From the NCBI GenBank assembly GCA_944326225.1, contig CALVDI010000006.1:1981-65980 (forward strand): a stretch of DNA of 64,000 bases, in the 5' to 3' direction. Position numbers and translations under genes: made by a program. Of the stretch, positions 53,702 through 60,915 are shown piece after piece. The notes under the pieces were generated by a model. The model saw nothing but the letters and a program-made list of their open reading frames with translations. It had not been told where the DNA came from and did no database searches. The stretch is from an uncultured Bacteroidales bacterium. Lineage in GTDB: Bacteria; Bacteroidota; Bacteroidia; Bacteroidales; UBA932. The first letter of the stretch is position 1. Each line of letters begins with the position of its first letter.

Positions 53702-54427
53702 TCTGTCCGGATGCAGGACGGCATCCAGTTTCCTGGACGGACTGGCTGCGATAAATTCTTTAAGGTAGAACGGTTCGAAGTAGGCTGCATCTTCGAACCG
53801 TTTTTCCGTATATGCCCTGCGGGCCGGTTCCGCCATATATGCGGCATCGGGATGGCTTGCTGTAAATGTGCACCTGTCCAGGTACTCAGGATTGATGACC
53901 TGCCTGTATTTCCCGGCTCCGTCTCCGGTGAATATCAGGTGTCCGTATCCGGCTATCTCTCCGGCGAATGTATCCGGCTCAAGGATGACTGCTTTTGTGT
54001 CGGATATCCTGCGTCCCGATGAGTCGAACAGGGCCGTGTACACCTCCATCCTTCTGGCATCAATCATGGGAATAATCAGGGTATCAGCGGATATGTTCCC
54101 GGTACTCAAGGCGCCGCAGGCTATTGCTTCCAGGGTTTCTACCGCGATAAGCGGCAGGCCTGCTCCGAAGCAAATGCCTTTTGCGGTCGATACGCCTACC
54201 CGGAGTCCAGTGTAGGAACCCGGTCCGGAGCTGACGGCTACGGCCGACAGATCTTTGGCGGAAAGACCGGCCTTTTTCAGGACTTCGTCAATCATCGGAG
54301 CGAGTCCTGATGCCTGACTCTTGGGCTCGGATGTGTATCTGGCGGAAATAATCCCTTTTCCGTCTGTTATGGCTGCGGAACATACGTCCGTGGCCGTCTC
54401 AATAAGCAGTATCTTATCGTTCATCAT
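53696..54427 (-). CDS. tsaB: tRNA t6A37 biosynthesis protein TsaB
   Basis: ILLIETATDVCSAAI..., GPGSYTGLRVG motifs. Confidence 0.9.
   Translation of the reverse strand: MMNDKILLIETATDVCSAAITDGKGIISARYTSEPKSQASGLAPMIDEVLKKAGLSAKDLSAVAVSSGPGSYTGLRVGVSTAKGICFGAGLPLIAVETLEAIACGALSTGNISADTLIIPMIDARRMEVYTALFDSSGRRISDTKAVILEPDTFAGEIAGYGHLIFTGDGAGKYRQVINPEYLDRCTFTASHPDAAYMAEPARRAYTEKRFEDAAYFEPFYLKEFIAASPSRKLDAVLHPDRS
53769..53805 (+). terminator. Rho-independent terminator for the plus-strand gene, embedded in the convergent tsaB CDS
   Basis: AACGGTTCGAAG-taggctgcat-CTTCGAACCGTT followed by TTT; about 70 nt past the stop at 53701. Confidence 0.55.
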
Positions 54428-55637
54428 CGTTGTGTTTTTCTATATCGGCATTGACTTTCATCCCGTCCTCCAGTACTCTGTTCACGGTGCTGTACGGTCC
54501 GGTGACGATCCAGGTGGAGTCCGCGTCTTCCAGGCCTCCTGTTATCTGGATGTTCTCTATGCTCTGGATGCCCGTGCTCACCTTGACGGAGCTGACGGTG
54601 GCCGTGGACGGGTCGTATGTGAATATGCATTCTTCGGAAGTAACGGCCTGCAGGGGTACGGTCAGGGCATTGTCCTGTCTGTCAGTCTCTATCTCTACCG
54701 ATGCGGACATGCCCGGCCTGAACGGGATGGGGTCTTTTTCCAGCAGGTCTGCATAGGATGCCGGCAGCAGCCGGATCCTGACCTCGAAGTTGGTTACGTC
54801 CGTAAGGGCGGAGGTGGCTGCAGTAAGGTTTTTCGCCGAATTGGCAATCTGAGTGACCACTCCCTTGAAACGTCTGCCCGGGTATGCGTCCACGTCGATA
54901 TCGGCCGTGTCGCCTTTTGTTATGCGTATGATGTCATTCTCGTTGACATCCACGAGCACTTCCATCATGTTGAAGTCGGCTATCCGCAGCATCTCGGTTC
55001 CGGCCATCTGGGAGGTGCCCACGACCCTTTCTCCTTTCTCTACGCTAAGGCTGGATATGATGCCGTCGATAGGGGAGTATATGACGGTCTTGGTCAGGTT
55101 CTCCTCGGCCTCGCTCAATGAAGCGGTGGCGCTTTCAATGTTGTACTCGGCGGCCTTCAGCTGTTCCGCGGCCATTCCGTACTCAGCAGTGCTGGCCTCG
55201 AACTCCTGCAGGGAGATGGCCCGCTTCTCATAGAGGTCCCGGTTGCGGTTGTAATTCTGCTCGGCCTGGTCAAAAGCGGCTTTCTGCTGACGGTACTGGG
55301 CCTTCGTGGAGTTGAGGGATGCCTCCGCCCTGTCTCTCAAGGATATGTAGACATCCTGCCGGATCTTGATGATCAGGTCTCCTTTCCGGACTCTGTCGCC
55401 CTCCTCCACGTTGAGCTCGATGATCTCTCCTGAGACATCGGGACTTATCTTTACTTCCGTCACAGGACGTATCTTTCCGTTTGCAGGTATCTTTTCTATG
55501 ATGGTCTCTCTCGTCGGACGGTTGATGACGACAGGCTCGCCCTTGTCCGTCCTTAGCAGAGCAAACAGGACGGCGGCCGTCACAGCTGCGGCCATGGCGA
55601 TGAGAGTGTATCTTATGCCTTTTCTTTTCTTTCCCAT
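54414..55637 (-). CDS. Membrane fusion protein (HlyD/MacA-type periplasmic adaptor)
   Basis: N-terminal TM, lipoyl-like and coiled-coil hairpin, beta-barrel domain; 407 aa. Confidence 0.8.
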   Translation of the reverse strand: MGKKRKGIRYTLIAMAAAVTAAVLFALLRTDKGEPVVINRPTRETIIEKIPANGKIRPVTEVKISPDVSGEIIELNVEEGDRVRKGDLIIKIRQDVYISLRDRAEASLNSTKAQYRQQKAAFDQAEQNYNRNRDLYEKRAISLQEFEASTAEYGMAAEQLKAAEYNIESATASLSEAEENLTKTVIYSPIDGIISSLSVEKGERVVGTSQMAGTEMLRIADFNMMEVLVDVNENDIIRITKGDTADIDVDAYPGRRFKGVVTQIANSAKNLTAATSALTDVTNFEVRIRLLPASYADLLEKDPIPFRPGMSASVEIETDRQDNALTVPLQAVTSEECIFTYDPSTATVSSVKVSTGIQSIENIQITGGLEDADSTWIVTGPYSTVNRVLEDGMKVNADIEKHNDDER

Positions 55638-55639
55638 AA

Positions 55640-56974
55640 TTATAGTGACATAGGTATCCCTTTATAAAAGTCTATGATTTTCAATTGGAATACGAATTGG
55701 TACCTGGCCTGCAGGTATTCTGACCTGGCTTTGAACAGGTTGGCCCTGGCTACGGTATAGTCGGTGCCGTTCAGGACACCGGAGTTGAACTTCTCCTCCA
55801 CGTATCTGAAAGACTCCTGCATGGATGCGACATTGGCCTCGGCTGCTTCCATCTGACGGTAATAGGTCTCGGCTTCAGTAACGGCGGTCTGTATCTCCTT
55901 GTAGAGAGTCTGCTCCTTGGCCCTGAGCTCCAGTTCCAGGCTCTCTCTGGCCAGCCTGGCGTTTCTGACGTTGGTCTTGACGCTCCAGTTGTTGAAGATC
56001 GGGATACTCAGGCCGACGGTTATGGACGGATTGATGTTGTCCCGGAACTGCTCGAAGAACGGATATACGCTTCCGTCCGGGGCAAAGGTTGAGGAACTGT
56101 AGAAGGTCCCGTAGCTGGCGGACAGGGATATCTTCGGATAGAGCTGGCCTTTGGCTGACTTCAGATCCAGCTCTCCTTTGTCCAGGGCCAGTCTGGCACT
56201 CTGTATCACGGGCATGGACAGAGCTCCGGCATAGATCTCGTCGATATTGTCGGCAGTGTATCCCTGTATGATGTAATCTATATCCGGCACAGCTATGCGG
56301 AAGTCCGGACTGTACTGCAGATCCAGCAGCTGCTGAAGGGCCAGGGTGTTGGTCCTGACCTGGCTCTCGGCCGTGACAACCTGCACTCTCTCGGAGGCCA
56401 GCTGGGACTCTATGTCCAGCAGGGAAGTGTAGGGCTGACTGCCGGCCTCTACCAGCAGCCGGGTCCTGTCTCTCTGCTCCTGGAGCGAATGGAAACTCTC
56501 TTCCGCAGCGGCAAGTATTTCCCGGGCCAGAAGTATCTGCAGGTAACTCTTGGCGATGGAGACGGATATCTCGTCCTTGAGCCTCTCGACTTCCTGTATG
56601 GAGATCTCCAGACTCTTCTGACTGCTTTTAAGACCGTACAGCTTTGACAGACCGTCCAGCAGGTATATTGAGGCATTTGCCGACGCGCTGGTGCTCTGGG
56701 ACAGCTTGTTGTGTATGATTTCCAGGTTCTGGAGGTCTACTGAGCGGCCCCAGTTGAGGTTGTGCCCGAAAGAGACATTGAGACTGGGAGCAAAGTCCAG
56801 CTTGTCCTGAAGCAGCTGGGCCTCGCTTCGGGAGACCTCGATGTTCTGCTGCTTGATGGACAGGTTGTTGCTCCAGGCATATTCAATACACCTTTCCAGG
56901 GTCCATGTCTCCTGGGCAAGAGCGGTCTGGCTCAGAACCAGAGCTGAAAGTATTAAGCATATCCTGTAGTTCAT
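55640..56974 (-). CDS. TolC family outer-membrane channel
   Basis: Signal peptide MNYRICLILSALVLSQTALAQ and two tandem OEP repeats. Start set 27 nt downstream of a TATTTTTG box. Confidence 0.85.
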   Translation of the reverse strand: MNYRICLILSALVLSQTALAQETWTLERCIEYAWSNNLSIKQQNIEVSRSEAQLLQDKLDFAPSLNVSFGHNLNWGRSVDLQNLEIIHNKLSQSTSASANASIYLLDGLSKLYGLKSSQKSLEISIQEVERLKDEISVSIAKSYLQILLAREILAAAEESFHSLQEQRDRTRLLVEAGSQPYTSLLDIESQLASERVQVVTAESQVRTNTLALQQLLDLQYSPDFRIAVPDIDYIIQGYTADNIDEIYAGALSMPVIQSARLALDKGELDLKSAKGQLYPKISLSASYGTFYSSSTFAPDGSVYPFFEQFRDNINPSITVGLSIPIFNNWSVKTNVRNARLARESLELELRAKEQTLYKEIQTAVTEAETYYRQMEAAEANVASMQESFRYVEEKFNSGVLNGTDYTVARANLFKARSEYLQARYQFVFQLKIIDFYKGIPMSL

Positions 56975-57001
56975 GCCTTTCCTGTCTATCCTATCGTCGT
57001 G

Positions 57002-57009
57002 CAAAAATA
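57002..57009 (-). promoter_or_regulatory. -7 box (TATTTTTG) for tolC-MFP(-tsaB), formed by the T-tract of the preceding terminator
   Basis: Exact TAnnTTTG on the minus strand, 27 nt upstream of the ATG at 56974. Confidence 0.45.
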
Positions 57010-57057
57010 ATAAAAATAAAGAGGCTGTGGCCGAAATTCGCGCCCGGTCACAGCCTC
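57003..57057 (-). terminator. Rho-independent terminator after the second GG-leader peptide gene
   Basis: GAGGCTGTGACC...GGCCACAGCCTC stem (about 12 bp) followed by TTTATTTTTATTATTTTT on the minus strand. Confidence 0.7.
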
Positions 57058-57062
57058 AATTA

Positions 57063-57233
57063 TCAGAATGCCGAAGCGGTCTGAGGTTTCTTACCGTTTC
57101 TGAGCAAGTCATAAAGAGCCCTGAGAGCCGCGCCTACAAGCCGGCCGAGCATACGTGCCACATTACCCTCTGAGCTGCCTCCTCCTATTATCGAGCAGGA
57201 TTCACTTCTTCTAAGTACGATGAACTGTTCCAT
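57063..57233 (-). CDS. Double-glycine-leader peptide B (56 aa, absent from the ORF track)
   Basis: Codon-by-codon hand translation: MEQFIVLRRSESCSIIGG / GSSEGNVARMLGRLVGAALRALYDLLRNGKKPQTASAF. Leader has L(-12) E(-8) I(-4) GG. 8 nt after peptide A. Confidence 0.65.
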   Translation of the reverse strand: MEQFIVLRRSESCSIIGGGSSEGNVARMLGRLVGAALRALYDLLRNGKKPQTASAF

Positions 57234-57241
57234 AGCAGCGA

Positions 57242-57430
57242 TCAGTTACCGGTTGAACATGCTGCCTCCTTTCCGGTCCACCCCTCGATGAATCCCAACA
57301 GGAACTGATCGATGTTGTCGACGAAGAATTTTACGATTTTGCCCCATAGGCCGGCACCCCCGCGGACGGTGGCGCAAAGGTCAGAATTAACACATTCAAA
57401 CCCTTCATACCTTTGAATAATTCTTTCCAT
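57242..57430 (-). CDS. Double-glycine-leader peptide A (62 aa)
   Basis: MERIIQRYEGFECVNSDLCATVRGG / AGLWGKIVKFFVDNIDQFLLGFIEGWTGKEAACSTGN. Lies 45 nt downstream of the C39-ABC gene. Confidence 0.65.
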   Translation of the reverse strand: MERIIQRYEGFECVNSDLCATVRGGAGLWGKIVKFFVDNIDQFLLGFIEGWTGKEAACSTGN

Positions 57431-57475
57431 GATGCTAGATTTTAATGTTGTGCCGCAGATAAAAGGCGCTGCGGC

Positions 57476-59572
57476 TTACGCCTGTGAACGCGCGTTCTTA
57501 TGTGATAGATCTATTATGTTGTCGGCAATGTCCAGTGCCTGCTCCTCGTGGGATATGAGCACTGTCGTGATATTGTGCTCTTTAAGAAGACAGATAGTGT
57601 CAGTCAGCCTCTTGCGGCTCTCCTGGTCCAGAAATGTGGCCGCCTCGTCCAGAATCAGCACTTTGGGCTGGCGGTACAGGGCTCTGGCCAGGGCTATCTT
57701 CTGTCTTTCTCCCCCGGACAGTCTGCATCCATGCTCTCCGGTATGGGCCGTTATACCGCCCGGCAGGCTCTCTATCGTGCGGGCCAGACCGGCCATGGCG
57801 CATACTGCAGTGACGGAACGCATGTCGTAGTCCCTGTCTCCCATTACTATGTTGTCCAGGATGCTTCCGTCGGATATTTCCGGCTTCTGCGGGACTATCG
57901 AGATGTATTTCCGCCAGGTGTCCAGCGGGATGGTCTGTATGTCCACTCCGCCGGCGGTGATGCTTCCGCTATGGGGCGCATAGCCCCGCATCAGCAGTGC
58001 CGCGACGGTGCTCTTGCCGCTGCCGTTGGCTCCGAGTATGAGGTTGGTCTTTCCGGGCAGGATCCTGAACGAGAGTCCGTCCAGCAGTTGCTCTCTTCCG
58101 GGGAATGAGAAGCAGATGTCTCTGGCCTCGATGATGTCGTCCTGTGCCGGCTGGAACCTTACTGTCCCTGTGGGCTCTTCCCCCTCCAGGTCCAGGATGT
58201 CGAATATCCTCTCCGCTGATATCCGTGCTTCGGCAATCTCACGGCTGCTCTCGATGAGCAGGACTACGGGAGAGCTGAAGACGGTGGTCATGGATATGAA
58301 GGATACCAGTTCTCCTACGGTCAGCTCGGAATTCAGTACGAAAAACGCTCCCGCAAGCAGGGTCGTAAGATATACTGCCCGGCTGACAGTGTCGGAGACG
58401 GAGGCTACGGCCGATGCCAGCACTCCTCCACCGTACAGTGCGGATGCCGTCCTGAAGTACTGTGTCTCTATCTTTCTTACGGCCTCTCTCTCGGAGTTGA
58501 AATATTTTACGTCCCTGACTGCGGAGAGCTGCTCGATGCTGGTCTGCTCGAACCTGGCGTTCTCCTCTATGATCCGCCGGTTGACTTTTCTGTTGAGCCT
58601 GTCCGAGACTATGTACAGCAGGACGAACAGCGGTATGAAGCTCAGGACGATCAGTGTGAGTTTCCAGTAGAAGGTCATGAGCACGGCGGTGGCTATGGTC
58701 AGGGTGATGACGCTTATTGTCATCAGCAGCAGTCTCTCGGTGATGAACGACCGTATGCGGTAGGCGTCTGATACTCTGGAGTTGAGCTCTCCGCTGCTCA
58801 TGGAGTTGAAGAACGACAGCGGCAGCGAGAACACTTTGCGGAAATATTCCGTGATGAGGCGGCAGTCTATCTTGATGCTTGTACGTACCAGCAGGACAGA
58901 CCTTACGTAGGATATGTACCAGCACAGCAGGGCAAGGCATATCATGACGGCTCCTGCGGTCAGCAGTCCGTTGCGGTTACCTGCCGGTATGACCGAGTCG
59001 ATGATCCTCTGCAGGAATACGGATATGCTCAGAGTGGCGGCTATGTAGGCGGCCGAGCCGGCCAGTACCAGTGCCAGCTCCTTTCTGTAGAACGTGAGAA
59101 TGTCCTTGAACCGGCCGAGGATGTCGGTCCTCATGTCTCCCTTTTTGAACATCGGCGAAGGGGTGACGGCGATGATGTAGCCGCTCCATTCTTCTTCCAG
59201 TTCTTTCAGACTGGTCCTGTGCATCCTTCCGTCCTCTGGGTCCATGATCCGGGCATGGTCCTTGTCCATCCCGTAGAGGACCACGAAGTGCAGCCATCCG
59301 CTTTTCTTCTCCAGATGCAGTATGACTGGCCTCTCCACATTACGGAGACTGTCCATGTCCTTGTCCTTCGCCTTCAGTCCGGCCGCTTCAAGTCCCAGCT
59401 TGCCGCAGGCATCGATGACGCCCTGCATGGTGGTGCCGTCCGCGTTTGTCCCGCAGGCCTCCCGTATCCTTATAAGGGGCAGCCTGAGTCCGTAATGGGC
59501 GCATACTGACGCGACGCATGCGGCGGCGCAGTCATTCCGGTCCTGTTGTCTGATTCTGATCTCCTTCTCCAT
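57476..59572 (-). CDS. C39 peptidase-domain ABC transporter (bacteriocin/GG-peptide exporter)
   Basis: QQDRNDCAAACVASV (catalytic Cys), WLHFVVLYG (His), six TM helices, GANGSGKST, LSGGERQKIALARAL, VLILDEA. Confidence 0.9.
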   Translation of the reverse strand: MEKEIRIRQQDRNDCAAACVASVCAHYGLRLPLIRIREACGTNADGTTMQGVIDACGKLGLEAAGLKAKDKDMDSLRNVERPVILHLEKKSGWLHFVVLYGMDKDHARIMDPEDGRMHRTSLKELEEEWSGYIIAVTPSPMFKKGDMRTDILGRFKDILTFYRKELALVLAGSAAYIAATLSISVFLQRIIDSVIPAGNRNGLLTAGAVMICLALLCWYISYVRSVLLVRTSIKIDCRLITEYFRKVFSLPLSFFNSMSSGELNSRVSDAYRIRSFITERLLLMTISVITLTIATAVLMTFYWKLTLIVLSFIPLFVLLYIVSDRLNRKVNRRIIEENARFEQTSIEQLSAVRDVKYFNSEREAVRKIETQYFRTASALYGGGVLASAVASVSDTVSRAVYLTTLLAGAFFVLNSELTVGELVSFISMTTVFSSPVVLLIESSREIAEARISAERIFDILDLEGEEPTGTVRFQPAQDDIIEARDICFSFPGREQLLDGLSFRILPGKTNLILGANGSGKSTVAALLMRGYAPHSGSITAGGVDIQTIPLDTWRKYISIVPQKPEISDGSILDNIVMGDRDYDMRSVTAVCAMAGLARTIESLPGGITAHTGEHGCRLSGGERQKIALARALYRQPKVLILDEAATFLDQESRKRLTDTICLLKEHNITTVLISHEEQALDIADNIIDLSHKNARSQA

Positions 59573-59599
59573 GTCCCGCTCCTCCAGAATGTGTCTTGA

Positions 59600-59749
59600 T
59601 TATATAAAAGGAGTGAACGGCAGTGCGGACAGCAGAAACGCCGCAGCTGCAGCAATCTTGTACCTGATGATTTTCCTGGATGCCATCGGCGGCAGTACGG
59701 ATTCTGCCAGCCGGCCTGTGATCTCCCTCAAACTCTTCTCTTCTTCCAT
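59600..59749 (-). CDS. Small tail-anchored membrane protein (49 aa), first ORF of the exporter transcript
   Basis: MEEEKSLREITGRLAESVLPPMASRKIIRYK then the hydrophobic IAAAAAFLLSALPFTPFI. Near-consensus ATACTTTG box at 59769-59776. Confidence 0.35.
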   Translation of the reverse strand: MEEEKSLREITGRLAESVLPPMASRKIIRYKIAAAAAFLLSALPFTPFI

Positions 59750-59849
59750 ATCATTGAATTTTCTGATGCAAAGTATGGAAAAATATTTCACATTCCGTTA
59801 CCACTTTTGACAAAATCGAAAAAGTTTTTACGGAAGTGGTTGAAAAAGG

Positions 59850-60344
59850 CTAGATTTTGAACAGTTCCTTGATATAGGGGAATACGGAGTCGGTGATGGA
59901 GGTTATGATCTGTACGCCTTTGGAGCCCTCCAGGGCCTCTTTGGGGACGAGAGTGAACCAGGTGTCATTGACGTATTCTATCAATGACAGCAGGACTCCG
60001 ATGAGGAGCACGGTCGTGGCTATGGACAGCACCATGCCCAGAATCCTGTTGACCCATCCCAGTGTGGCGAGCTGAATGATCTTCTCAAGCAGTTTGCCCA
60101 GCAGGTGCATGCACAGGCATGTAGCAATGATTATCAGGATAAATGCTATGATCTTTACTATATTCTCCGAGGCGTTGACCCACTGGCCGAGCCAGTCTGC
60201 GAGCAGTGATGAGAATCTGCCGGCAAGGATGATTCCTATGAAAAGTCCCGCTATGCCGCCTATCTGGCGGATCAGTCCGTCCTTAAGTCCCTTTATTACT
60301 GCCAGTGCGAGCAGTACAAGGATGATAATGTCAATAACAGCCAT
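59850..60344 (-). CDS. cvpA: CvpA family membrane protein
   Basis: MAVIDIIILVLLALAVIKGLKDG... four TM helices. The ORF-track TTG start at 60353 was replaced by the ATG at 60344. Confidence 0.8.
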   Translation of the reverse strand: MAVIDIIILVLLALAVIKGLKDGLIRQIGGIAGLFIGIILAGRFSSLLADWLGQWVNASENIVKIIAFILIIIATCLCMHLLGKLLEKIIQLATLGWVNRILGMVLSIATTVLLIGVLLSLIEYVNDTWFTLVPKEALEGSKGVQIITSITDSVFPYIKELFKI

Positions 60345-60350
60345 AATGGG

Positions 60351-60358
60351 CAAAATTA
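60351..60358 (-). promoter_or_regulatory. -7 box (TAATTTTG) 6 nt upstream of the cvpA ATG
   Basis: Exact TAnnTTTG on the minus strand. Confidence 0.45.
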
Positions 60359-60431
60359 GTAATATTTTCTTTTATTATAGGCATGAGGATGATAAGATTG
60401 AGATTTTTCTTGCAGATTTATGGTTTTTACC

Positions 60432-60439
60432 TAATTTTG
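60432..60439 (+). promoter_or_regulatory. -7 box (TAATTTTG) for the lipoprotein gene
   Basis: Exact TAnnTTTG 27 nt upstream of the ATG at 60467. Confidence 0.5.
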
Positions 60440-60466
60440 CGCAAAGTTAATTTAAATGTTTTGAAG

Positions 60467-60808
60467 ATGAGAAAAGGTATAATCTGTATTCTCGCCGCAG
60501 TGATGGGCATACTGCCGTTTCTGACAAGTTGCGAGGAGGAAAGTAAAGTTGAGCATCCCGGACTCTGGCTTTCTGCGGACAAGACCACTATAACCGCTGA
60601 CGGAGAGGATATGGTCACATTCACAGTTACACTTGATGATGAGGACGTGACATCACAATGTACGTTCTGCTCCCAGTCCGAATGCTATGGTAGGAATGTA
60701 TTCACTACCACAACAGCCGGCGAGTATGTGTTCCACGCCACTTATCAGGGGGAGAACAGCGACTATCAGGGACAGAACAGCAATGAGGTGACGATTACTG
60801 CCCAGTAA
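60467..60808 (+). CDS. Small lipoprotein with an Ig-like (Big-type) pattern
   Basis: Lipobox LTSC; ...LSADKTTITADGEDMVTFTVTLD... resembles bacterial Ig-like domains. Confidence 0.6.
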   Translation: MRKGIICILAAVMGILPFLTSCEEESKVEHPGLWLSADKTTITADGEDMVTFTVTLDDEDVTSQCTFCSQSECYGRNVFTTTTAGEYVFHATYQGENSDYQGQNSNEVTITAQ

Positions 60809-60832
60809 CGCCTGTTACTAAAGAAGAGAGTT

Positions 60833-60867
60833 AAGCCGGGTCAAGTCAATTTGGACCGGCTTTTTTG
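60833..60867 (+). terminator. Rho-independent terminator
   Basis: AAGCCGG...CCGGCTT stem followed by TTTTTG. Confidence 0.6.
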
Positions 60868-60889
60868 TCTGAATAATACGAAATCTTTA

Positions 60890-60897
60890 TATCTTTG
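60890..60897 (+). promoter_or_regulatory. -7 box (TATCTTTG) for ileS
   Basis: Exact TAnnTTTG 18 nt upstream of the ATG at 60916. Confidence 0.5.
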
Positions 60898-60915
60898 CCC
60901 GTTAAAATTCAGAAT

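Noticed and set aside
53771-53800. GGTTCGAA... sequence resembling a tRNA T-arm.
   Set aside because: It is a simple perfect hairpin inside tsaB. No acceptor, D or anticodon arms can be drawn around it. No tRNA or rRNA genes were recognised in any intergenic region.
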